DNA of 62,585 bases, the filler included, from Sphacelaria rigidula (lineage: Eukaryota): NCBI GenBank assembly GCA_964200075.2. It is 9 parts of 9 records of this genome, joined end to end, with 100 filler letters (N's around TTAATTAATTAA, not from the genome) between each part and the next. Parts side by side here need not be neighbours in the genome. Positions count along the whole stretch, not along the records: positions 34,826 to 41,690 come from CAXNAA020017693.1; positions 41,791 to 48,655 come from CAXNAA020017694.1; 7 more parts are not named here. The stretch is one strand, 5' to 3'. A program made the translations under genes and the position numbers. The notes under the pieces were generated by a model, which saw only the letters and a program-made list of their open reading frames with translations, made no database searches and was not told where the DNA came from. Every line of letters begins with the position of its first letter. The first letter of the stretch is position 1. This document shows positions 37,824-48,655 of the stretch, piece by piece.

Positions 37824-37853
37824 TTAAATACCCGATTTCCAGCCCGTATATAT

Positions 37854-38186
37854 GCCCCGGTGGCTCAGTTGGTAATCTCGTAACCTTCTGATGGTTGAGT
37901 AGGGCGGTCCGATTCTCGGAGCGATCTGGAACTTTTCTCACACCATGCCCAACAGTGGAGAGCGACTACGTCGTGGGTACACAATATTCGACTGAACGGT
38001 CGACGAGGGAAATGGACTGCTGAACCCCTCTCGCGATAAAAAAGAAAGGGAAGCACCGCAGAAGGAAGGTGGGGAGATAAAAAGAAAAAAACTACTGTGT
38101 TGACCTTCCTCCTGTGTGACCCCGGCTGATGCGCCCACATATACCGAAAGGTGTAGAATAAATGGAATGACAACACACACAAACAT
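37854..38186 (+). mobile_element. tRNA-derived SINE-like element
   Basis: A-box TGGCTCAGTTGG (37861-37872) and degenerate B-box GGTCCGATTCT (37906-37916), followed by a ~250-bp body ending in a (CA)-rich tail. No full cloverleaf. Confidence 0.6.
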
Positions 38187-38241
38187 ACCCTTCACGTACA
38201 GAACCCACCCTTCCTTGGAGTTTTGATTCCAGTAAATCATT

Positions 38242-38711
38242 GAGATATAAACAGCCGATCATCTATGTTGAGGATGGAGATTTTCATTGAGGATGAGACC
38301 CCGGAGCATTAAAATATTCGTATCGACACTAAATCTTCGAAATATGGTTCTATTCCTTTACCTACTGGTAGCTAATTAGAACCGCTACAGTACATGTCCT
38401 AAAAAATTGGATGTCAATAACCGAAATATTGGGATCCCAAATGAAGAAACAATTTCGGGGAATTCAGGTGATCCGATCGGATCGCCGAAATTCCCCGAAA
38501 TTGGGTTTTCCCGTAGGACCACAACATTTCGGTCATTGAAACGCAAATTTGTGTGACGTGTAGTACTTGTCAACAGCTACCAGTAGGTGAACTGAAGGAA
38601 TGGCACCGCATTTCGAAGATTTGGTGTCGATACGAAGATTTTAATCCTCCGGGTTCTCATCGTCAATGAAAATATCCATACTTAACATGGATGATCCGCT
38701 GTTTATACCCC
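38242..38711. repeat. ~470-bp spacerless imperfect palindrome (foldback element)
   Basis: 38242-38476 is the imperfect reverse complement of 38477-38711 (e.g. TATAAACAGCCGATCATC / GATGATCCGCTGTTTATA; TTCGTATCGACAC / GTGTCGATACGAA), centred on CCGA|TCGG. Confidence 0.92.
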
Positions 38712-40842
38712 AGTCCCCATTCTTGTGACGCCCGCAGAATCAAGAACGACAATCAAATCACAACCACCGCAAATACCGCGTATTTTGGATGCCGCCGCGC
38801 CGCGGTGGTGTCATGGTCCGACTGTCGCAATTAGGGCCAAGAGAACGAGGGTTCGATTTCCGATGCGTTGAGTTTTTTCTTCGTAGTACAGTGTCTAGTT
38901 TCAACCGGGGAAATCGTGAGAACGTGAGTGAATGAAGCAGTTGACGCGGTGCGAGAGGTGCCTGGTTTGGGGAGGCAAAATCTTGACGTGAATCGAAATG
39001 GAAAAATAAGCCGAGAAAGACGAGCAGCTGGGAATTCCCACGCTTGGAATCTTCCCGCCAATGTCGCCCGTCCATATCAAGCGCTTCACGCAGCCTGAAC
39101 CCAAACATCAGGCGTTGTATCGCTATTTTTTTCGCAACACTTTTGGGCTGGTTTAAGGGGGGCAGGCTATCGTAGAAATTGTCATTTGTGCCTATTTAGC
39201 TACATGGCTACTGTAGCGGGTACGCATGCGCTTCAAACTTCATGCTTTTCTTGCGTGCTATATCCCAAGGAAGAGCTGTGACTATTTACTACCGCTTTGA
39301 TGTCCACATACCAACAGCCACCCCACCGCAAAATGTGTGTTTGAAGGTGTGTCCGACACACCTTCAACCCCTCCGCTTCAAAGCAACAAACGAATGGGTA
39401 CGGTACGCCCCACTCACCCCTCCATTCTTTTTCGAGACGAGATTGTGGCACAGAGTAATGAACCCATTGCTCCCCCCGGTACATGCCTTGCAGTTTGGTC
39501 TAGTGGACTGACTGAATCAGTACTCTCGCACGGCGCCGACGGTCGTCCATTAATAGTACCTTTGCTGCTCACGTGCGCATGCTTTCATCGGTGGATATCA
39601 GATACCTCAGGAGAGAACCAACACGCATCTGCCGCGAGTCAAACTCGCGTCACCCTAGTGGTGTCAGTTGTGTTTAGACCACAGGGATGTGGGCGGTTGT
39701 CGAAGACAGTTGATCGGGACTAGTTGGGATTCGCCCCGTATTTATCGAACCGCCGTCGTCTATCGAAATGGTCGTCCAAAAACGCACATCCGACTATGGC
39801 CGGCCGGCCGTGGTGCCATCCACCCCCCCCCCCCCCATAAACAAAACAAAAAACTTGAAGGTCATGAATCACGGCTAGTTCACAGAGCAGCGAAAACAAA
39901 CTTCTGATTATCCGTGTCTCGGCCGGTCGTGTACGCCTATCAGGGTATTCGTTTATTTGACTTCTCGCTTTTTGGAGAACATGTCGAACGAAGCTCCACC
40001 GGGTCATTATTTGATGCCCGAACAACGAAGTCGTGTCCAGCGGAAAACATAGCGTCGGCGCGTCGTTGAGTCGTCGATTTATTCAGCGATGTTGTGGCGC
40101 CAAAATATTTTGGTTGATCCAGGGGTGCACGAAAAACAAATCCCGCACATCTACGAGCTGGGCGAGCCTATTACAGACGAATTTGGTAGTTTGCAGGTTC
40201 GCCGGCCAATATTTGGAGATGGACACTCAAATTTGGTGTGGACAATGTAGGTCGCAACAAATAGTTTTATTTTCATTTCATGATTCAGTGGCATTTTACT
40301 GAAACTATCTGAAAACCGACTATTGCGAAGAACGTGGGTCAGGTTGGTGTTTATATGTATGTACTTATCGGTACTATTCACTGGTTTAGGGCGTTCTAGT
40401 ATAGTATCGACCACTTCTTCACGAGAACGCCCGAACCTCTTCAGAACAAAGAAACGGAGGCCCATTTGTTTGTTCCGGGCAATGGCCTAGAAAAGCTACA
40501 CTTTCTCTTTTGTTGCCTAGAAAAGGTACGAAAACAGCCAGAAACGCGAAAACAGCAAAGCACGCCATATATATAGACCGGTTTCGCTCCAAATGTTTCA
40601 CGCACATCGCTCGGGGGGAGCCTTGGCACCCGGGCCTCGAAAACAAAACGGAACTCGCGATATATGGCCATGCGAAAACGGAGTCTCGCCTCCAGAAACA
40701 GCTTCCCCTTTCCAGGCCAAAGCTTCTTCACTAGGTATACCTGATTCAGGACTTCTCCTGTAATCGTACCCTATCTGCGCCACCGATCGGCCGAGGAGAT
40801 ACCTGTGCTAGGCTATCGCTTTACACTGTACCTGATGCAGCA

Positions 40843-41520
40843 CCAGGGTTGCATATCGGGCCGAGAATATCGAACCACAACCGCCGATACCGATATTTTT
40901 GTCGATATTCCGAAAATGACACGATACGTACCGAGTATCGATATCCGATACGATACGGCTGTTTTGGTATGGCCGCAGTGTACAAGACCGAGCAGTACAC
41001 TGGTACACTGGCACCCTCACTCATTATTGTAGGTCGCTTGAGATACCACATCCCCTTGACAGATTTTCAAAGCTCACCTACTCCTCACCAAAAGCGATGC
41101 TAGGGTTGAATTGAGCGGCGTAGCAACCATCTCTTCGAGAGAAAGCAATCGAGCTTTGAGAATCGCTCCTGAGGGTGTGGTATCTCGAGCAACCTACGGT
41201 AGTTTCCAGTGGACAGCAGTGTACACATGATGTACAGCAGCGGGTAGTGTGTACATTGAAATCATAACGGCGGCGGCATGCGGTGATACAGCTGTCTTGC
41301 GAATAGTTTTCGTCGTCGTGCATGAGGTGGTTGATCACAGCGAGTCGGGTGTGGTATTCGTTACTGTCTTCATTTCTACCGTCACTATTCCGTGTGTTTC
41401 GATCGAATGAGCGCATACCTCAACTCCGCACATTCATTAGAAAAGGAAAAATTGTCGAACCTCGAACATGCACAAACTCGAATGCGAGCCCGTTTTTCCC
41501 AACGTTCTTCACCACCAAAA
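40843..41520 (+). repeat. ~0.7-kb dispersed repeat starting CAGGGTTGCATATCGG (possible hAT-type left end)
   Basis: Collinear homolog at 53842-54560 with an identical start and multiple CGATA subterminal motifs. 41640-41690 matches 34625-34672. Confidence 0.75.
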
Positions 41521-41868
41521 ACCGAGTGCCACCCCCTGAAGTCCGAATGGCCACCTGCGGCACCGGATCTTCTGAGGTTAGCCATATGTACTCCTTTCTT
41601 CTTCATTACTTTTTCCTGTTGAACTTGTATCGCGTTTTGTGAGTTTTAATCTGGGTCTATTTTGTTTTTCTTGGTTTTTTGCTAGCCTGTNNNNNNNNNN
41701 NNNNNNNNNNNNNNNNNNNNNNNNNNNNNNNNNNTTAATTAATTAANNNNNNNNNNNNNNNNNNNNNNNNNNNNNNNNNNNNNNNNNNNNGGGGGGGGGG
41801 GGTCGGGGGGGGTCGGGGTGGTGGGGGTTTTTCCGTAGCGGGGGCAGGAGTGGAGCGGTGGGGTCGAG

Positions 41869-41937
41869 GCGTACTCATTTGTTGCTTGCCTTAGTCATTT
41901 GATCATTGACCACGCATCTCTTTCGAGACGGAGCACC
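41869..41937 (+). repeat. Short repeat TACTCATTTGTTGCTT...GACCACGCATCCCTTTCGAGACGGAGC, usually after G-rich tracts
   Basis: Copies at about 11127-11145, 27213-27282, 41869-41937, 45503-45567 and 46117-46165. Confidence 0.8.
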
Positions 41938-43418
41938 GCAGTGTCTGCGTCGTGGTGCGTGTGGGACAGAAGGGGGGCGTGAGTGCACGTACAGACATTT
42001 ATTTGTTGGGGGCGAGGGGGGGTTAGTGCACTTGAGTGTTAGAAGTATTGGGTACAAGCTAAGTGTACCATCGACGGTGGCATACTGCGTATAAGCACGT
42101 TTACGTGAGATTGAGAGAAGAGCGCTGGTTGAGAGTGGCTTTGATAATTCGCTATAACTTGGCAATTTTTTCATTCCGTGTGTGCCTTTTTTTGCCTCCA
42201 TCACTGGCGTGTGCTTCCAGCTACACGTCGATATCCTTCTCGGGGATATCAACGGCCTTAGTGGCAAGCTACTACGGAAGGCATGTTGGGCCTCGGCGAG
42301 GGGAATTTCGGAAACGGATTCGATGCATTCATTGGTTGACTTTTTTCACTTTCAATCGTATCATCTACTCTCAATCTCACGAAAATACTGTTGTATACCC
42401 GCATTTCATGGTCGGTCACTGTCGTATATTTTGTTTGTCTATGCGCCGATAGTTCGAAACAAACGAATTGGCAAGGTATCTTTATATGGTTGACTTTGAT
42501 ATTAGCAATCGCGGTAGACTGGTGGACTTAGTTATCGACTGCGAACGACGTGTAGTTTTCAGTTTAGGTTGTTTTAGTAGTAAAAGTTACGTTATTACCG
42601 CGAACAGACGATGAGAACATACAGTAGTGCAGAATCTGCCCTCTCGCGTTCCTCTTGACTTTTTCTTCTGTTCTGAAACCTCATTGAGACAACGGAAGGG
42701 CTTCTCACCAGTCACCATGCGCGTGTATACTCGAGTGTGTGCACGCTGTCTAGATGTTCTGCTCGAGGATCTTCTTGAGCCCGCCTTGCCCTCAACGAAA
42801 GGTGATGCGACGCGAGACGCTTCTGAAATGATATTCCACTATCCAACACCCATATGCACAGAATCCACATCGCACATCGCACATCGCGCTGGGGTCGAAA
42901 CTCTGGAGAGCATGGCGGCGCGTGCACTACGCCAATCTGACAGGGGGTTTTAGTGGGTCGGATCCCCGCACTCTACCTTGACCAAAGCTTGCGAACGCTG
43001 GAGGCACCTACCCCACATGACTGCCGCAAGGCAGTCTAGACGAGCCTCTGGATAATCGGCACACGAACCCAGTGGCGGGGTAATTCTTGGGTCAGGTTTC
43101 TTCCTCCCTTCAAGGAAAAACAACCCACGTCGCATCCATGTACATGACAGTTTTGCACTACGTCGACACTCGACACCACCCCCAACCATGTACTCGATAG
43201 CGACTACACAAGTAAACGGTCGCCAATTGTACAGTAGCAAAGACCACGGCCAGCAAGAACGAGGAATTTCGCAGACGACAACCACACTAAATCATTGAAT
43301 GCATTGCTTCACGGCATCAGACACCAACTGCGTAACAGGGGCACTGTTGCCATCGCATCCCCACAACAACTCTAACTCCGCAACAATGCACCCTATCCCA
43401 AAACTCGGCGATGAAAAG

Positions 43419-43419
43419 G

Positions 43420-43490
<71 letters not shown>
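43419..43490. repeat. (GTT)24 microsatellite
   Basis: Perfect 72-bp trinucleotide run, 6 nt beyond the stop codon of the minus-strand oxygenase gene. Confidence 0.95.
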
Positions 43491-43496
43491 CGTTGC

Positions 43497-45449
43497 TTAG
43501 TAGCAGTATCGCAGGACCCCCGCCTCGTCAGGCGTGATTTCACGCCTTTCCCTTTCCGCGCCTCGGGAATCTTCCGCCGGTCTCGAACCCATCAGCAACG
43601 TCAAGTTTATGCGCCTGTTCGTGAAACCTGACGTAGTATGCGTCATCATGGGCAGGAATGCCATCGTGCGGGAAGAGATGTGGGGGACTGGAAATTCTTC
43701 TGTTGTACACGGTGTTGAAGCAAGAATACGACGAAACAAAAAGATACGTTTTGCCCCGGCCCGAACCTACAGAGTGCAGCGTGGCACGCGTTTCCAGGGA
43801 CCAAGTAACAACGGTATTGTGAAGTGTACCACATGGGGATGATTGGCCGTGGTATGTCCTGTTCTACTCTCTTGAGATCACTCTCTTCTCTTCTTTACCA
43901 TGTATTTCTGCCGAGTCCCGCTTACGTAGCTTGGTTCCAAGCGGATGAGGAAGCAGGAGATTTTCTGCAAAAGCGTGAGGTGAACAAACCAACGACCTCA
44001 CCGATGGCGATAGACTTTAAGAAATCAACTTCATATACCGCGGGAATGACGATCGCCGATATTTTGAAGGAAATTTTGGAGATGTTACCAGCTGCTCCTA
44101 CGTGAACTCAAATTATTCGTTCGAACGTGTCGTGTCCAGTCGGTTTGTTTGTGCCCATGAGGAGATGTGACAACGAAAAAAACGAAAAAAAGGACATGGT
44201 ATTCTTGCGTTACAGCGACTCCGTTCGCTCGGTGTGCGTGTTCATAAAACACGCGGACGTTTACGGGCGAAACATCGGCGCATGGGAAATTTTACCTTTT
44301 TTGAAGCGAAATGGATCGGACTGGTGGAAGAGCATGGAGTTGAAAATGAGGGCACGATTTTGTCGGTGCTCCACGGAAGTGTTACCCGCGTCGTGTTCTC
44401 GAAGAAACGTCTCCGCTGTTGTCGAATTTCCGTTAAAATCCTCGAATTGCCATTCATCTGAGGTTCAGTTGTTGGCAAGTAAACGCGTGACACGAAGAAT
44501 TCAGTGACATGGTTACAACTATAGATGAAAAGGACGCGGTACAGGAACGTTGCGTGACAATAATGTGAGAATATAATTCCTCAAATACATGTACACGGCT
44601 TGGAAGTGCTCTGGTAGTGCAGGTCCTGGCGGCCGACGTGACGAAGTGACGGAGAACGAACGACTGAAAGCGGTGCACATCGTGGCGGGGTAACTTCGAA
44701 AAATGATGCCGCGGGCCGTCGGAGGGCAACGGCACCAACATCGAGGTGCACTGACGATAAGCACAGGCACGAGGACACCGTGTCTCGTAGAACCAGCTCT
44801 GCCGACAACTGCGGTGTGTACGTGTTAGATAAGGTTCGGGATGGTAGCAAGAGACACGACGTCGCGGTGAGCACGGAAGATCAGAAAACATGATTTATTG
44901 CCGCGTGTTGCTTTGAACACTTTGCAAGCAACAGCCTACGAATCACCAGGCACTGTAGATCCTTAGTAATGCCACATGTCTGTGCACCCTCAATTGATAT
45001 ATTGGGGGAGGGGGGGGGGGGAACACATGAGTGCCGCGTCATGCAAGAAGACCTTGGCCGCATCCTAGTTGAACCCGGCATGAATCCGATAAAGTGCGAT
45101 ACAGTGCTCGACAAAGTACAAGTAAGGAGTAGCGACTTCTTCGGTAAAACAGCTGCGCATGGCTGCCACGATGCTGCTCTATGTAGGGCTGCTATAATAC
45201 CCCGATCTCGATTAATCTAGTCACCAAGAATGCCATCAACGCGGAGTGCGTGTAGATAAGAGCGATTTGATTTCGCCTCGGTCGGTGCACGGTGTACAGA
45301 GCACTTGCGGTGCTGTCCACATTCACACCTGGAGGCTTGGCGTGAAAGACCGTAAGTCCGCCTCCGTCACCCGTCTGCGCACTTCCCAGATTGGCAGAGT
45401 CAGGAGCAAGCCAAATGTTGATGTTCACCATTGCGTTATCCGCATGCGC
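43497..45449 (-). CDS. 2OG-Fe(II) oxygenase-like domain protein, last three exons
   Basis: Minus-strand exons 45449-45329 (AHADNAMVNINIWLAPDSANLG...GGGLTVFHAKPP), 44457-44296 (DEWQFEDFNG...HRQNRALIFNSMLFHQSDPFRFKKG) and 43627-43497 (FTNRRINLTLLMG...stop) splice in frame through phase-1 GT-AG introns. They give HxD, a distal H and RxxxT/N, the facial-triad layout of 2OG dioxygenases. A possible upstream exon lies at 46933-46877 (GRLFVNHTPAVEGMVLSYL). Confidence 0.85.
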
Positions 45450-48400
45450 CTTGGGATGGATGAGGGGAATCATGGTAGGCCAGGAGGGGGGAGGGGGGAG
45501 CGCACTCATTTGTTGCTTACCTTAGTCGTTTGACCATTGACCACGCATCCCTTTCGAGACGGAGCAGGGTGTACTCATGATCATGCATGCCAAAGTCATC
45601 AGACCATTGACATGGCAGGCCAGGGGGGATGTTTAGGGTAGAGACGAGGGGGGTGCAGAGCCAAGTCAAGAAAGTCGCCTGTCAAGTCGTCCAACTCAAG
45701 AAACCAGTAGCTGCCTCTCTCGACTATCAAGCGTGCGTCTATCTACGTGTCGCGAGCAGCTGTCAAGAGTTCAATACCTTGCGGACAGGGCTTTTCCTGC
45801 CTGGAATATGCTTTGAGGACAAAAGCGGTACGACCTGAAGTCCCTCGCATCCCATCACGCGCGAGATGCGTCGATCATTTGTAACACTTCCTAGACTACG
45901 GCATTTCGCCTGCCCAATTCGTTGTACAGGATTTCCACAAGCCTCTTTTGCTACTACGGTAGGTCTCTTGGAGGGCTGCGGTTATTCGTCATTCAGGGTC
46001 TGGAACAAACACTTTCCATTATTTTTTCATCAACATACTTTCTGGTCGACCCTACCAACAACCAGCGGTTCCCCCGAAAACATGCGGTACTATATAGCGA
46101 GCACACAAAGGGACTTACTCATTTGTTGCTTGTCTTACATTTGTCCATCGACCACGCATCCCTTTTGTTGCTGTGACACTTTGAACCCCCCCCCCCCCCC
46201 CCTTCCTCCTCGGGACGAGTCCATGGCCTCAAGGGATCAATCAACCCACCTTTGCCCCGGTACACGCCTTACACTTTGGTGTTGCGGATTGGATCATGAC
46301 TAACACTCCCGCACCGCGTCGACTCTCGTTAAACCAACTCAGCCAAACTAACTCTTTTATGCTACCCGAGTTCCGACGCTTTCACCGCCGGAAGCCAGGT
46401 ATCGTACTACCAGGAAAAATCCAAAAAACTAAAACGCGTCAGGCGGGAATCGAACCCGCACTATCCGCCGAAGTCATGTGGCAGAGACCGACCATTTCTT
46501 CTTCTTTTTTTTTTCCTCTTCTTTTTGTATTTATCCTCGTTTTTTACGTCGTACTTTACGATGGTGCTCTGTTATACCTTTTTTCTCTTTCGTATTTTTC
46601 TCTTCAGCGAGTGTTTCAGTTCGGTGTTGTCTCGGGTACGTATATCATGTGACCACGGCTGGATAATGACTCCTGGGGGTTCAGTTCTAGTGCGACAAGC
46701 AAATCAATCAAATAAACGCTACCCTATTCAAATTTTTGGCGCGCGCGTACCGCGAACTACATGTATCGTGCTCTTCACCAACCTGTTGCTGTCGGAGCAG
46801 TAAGTATGCCAGTCGCGCTGTGCCTGTTAGGTTGATTTGAGAACATGCCCACCACCGACGTCCCTCCCCCCCTCACCTAGATACGACAACACCATCCCCT
46901 CAACAGCTGGAGTATGGTTGACAAAGAGTCTACCTGGAAACAGTAATCGCTGTCTTACGTTGGGAGAAGAGCCTACCCCCCCCCACCCTCATAGCACTGC
47001 TACGGCTTCCGCACTTTCGGAGAAGCTGCAAGTGCCTCGTAATTTCCGTCCAACAACTCGACAACACATGACCAGAATTCCCGCAAAAAATTGAATGGAA
47101 CATCCCCACCCAATGCTCGCTCTCTCTTTCTCTCTCTCTCTCTCTCCTCTGTTTTGCGCACTATTTTCCCCTCTCCTTGCTCAGAACAAGTCGGTGGTCT
47201 CAAGGGATCAACCCATCTCTCTCCTGTCACACGCCTTCAAATTTTGTCATCGCGGATTGCATCATGACTAACGCTCCCGCAGCACGTTGACTCTCGTCAA
47301 GAAAAAACAAAATCTGCCCACGTCCCCACGTTTTCAACGACATAAGTCAGGTACTTTTTAGAAAGAAAAAAAAAGCATCCTGCAGGGAATCGAACCCACA
47401 CCCCTCCAACCTAGTTGCTTCAGACATACCATTGGACCGGAGCTCGGCGGCTCACTATATAAAGGCAGTCAGTCAACCCACCTTAGTTCCATGCGTGCAA
47501 ACCTCACCGTCGTTTCCTCCGTAAACGAAAAACCATGTCTGTACTAGAGGCCAACCGGGTGTACCTTTTCCGAGAATCCTGCGAGTACCCGCCCACGGCA
47601 GCCCGCAAAAGGAGAAAATGAGCGACGACAAGCAGGGGTGGTCGCCGTGGGCGCCAATAGAGGGTCGAGCAGAGAAACATGGGTAAGTGCAGGATTCGAC
47701 ATTTTTGTCGTGTGGCGCACACTCCGCTGAGGCCGGGAGGTGGTCACGCAGCAGAGACATGAGTTCAACAATTCATCAAGTGGTCACCCAGTTGTTCGGA
47801 TCCTCGAGATAAGCATGCATGAGGTTACGGATATCCTATCTTGAGGGTGCCATACTTATACGCAAGAACTCGTTGGACACGTGACGTACGTATATCTTCA
47901 ACACATAGATAGGAGGTGCGTTTCGTCCTGTAAGGAGAAGCAACCCATTTTTATTTATCTCAGGCGCAACCCGGCTTTCAGCGGTGGTTGGTACGCTTTG
48001 TTAGCACGTGTCGTGGACGCGCGAGTTGGGCGCATTAACCCCGACCGAGAGATTTGCGATGAACTCGAATGGCCAGGCACACTGCGCTTCATCGAGTGTG
48101 GCTAGTGTCCGCCATTACCTAACAGGCGCCACACTTCACTACGATGTGAACCATCTGGGGCGTTTCCTTACTGATGCGTTTTGAGCAAGCGTGGTGGGAA
48201 GCGAACATTTCGGAAATCAAGTGTGTCTGGGGTGCGCTGTCTTGTTCATCACGTGGTCAGTATTTGACTGCTATGTAAGGGGCACATGAATGCCTCCCCT
48301 CCCCCCTCCAGCCTGGTCCGGCGAGAACCCGGCGTGCTCCGTCCCGGCTTTGTAGGGGCGGACTCCCGATGGGGTTGGTGTCGGTTGGCGATGGCGCTAT

Positions 48401-48580
48401 AAAACACGACACTCGCTACGTAAGGTAGGCAACCATGTTACCGATTTTGTTTTTGCGCGCCTGCGTTTTTTTGCGGTAACCGTGATGGTAGTCGAGCTAG
48501 ATCATGTTGTGCGGCGTGGGATAACCTCAACTCCGCACAATGGGGATGATCGTACTACGTGGTGCTTTAATGGTGAGGCA

Positions 48581-48655
48581 CCCATGAGGCAGTGTATATC
48601 CCGTGGCTGTATCTGGAGCTGGTGATACCAGAAAATGAAGCAACTCATTGTAGGC
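48581..48655 (+). repeat. High-copy repeat found at assembly breakpoints
   Basis: GGCAGTGTA..CCGTGGCTGT.TCTG...TGG.GATACCAGAAAAT..AGCAACTCATTG at the end of piece 7, reverse-complemented at the starts of pieces 8 (48770-48855) and 4 (20896-20960), and near the end of piece 9 (62445-62510). Confidence 0.8.

Noticed and set aside
37854..37925. Functional tRNA genes at this and other A/B-box sites (3577, 8477, 9113, 38800, 52318)
   Set aside because: The acceptor and anticodon stems do not pair and all are embedded in dispersed repeats.
43292..43631. Poly-Thr / poly-Val ORFs and other low-complexity ORFs (poly-Pro, poly-Gly, HT repeats)
   Set aside because: They are translations of microsatellites and homopolymer runs, with no coding support.
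43628..45328. Loss of the exon carrying the distal His of the oxygenase
   Set aside because: The exon is present at 44457-44296 (NRALIFNSMLFHQSD); the ORF track simply missed it.
45779..45834. Extra oxygenase exon reading (W)SYRFCPQSIFQ
   Set aside because: It needs a weak non-canonical GC donor to stay in phase and cannot be supported without transcripts.
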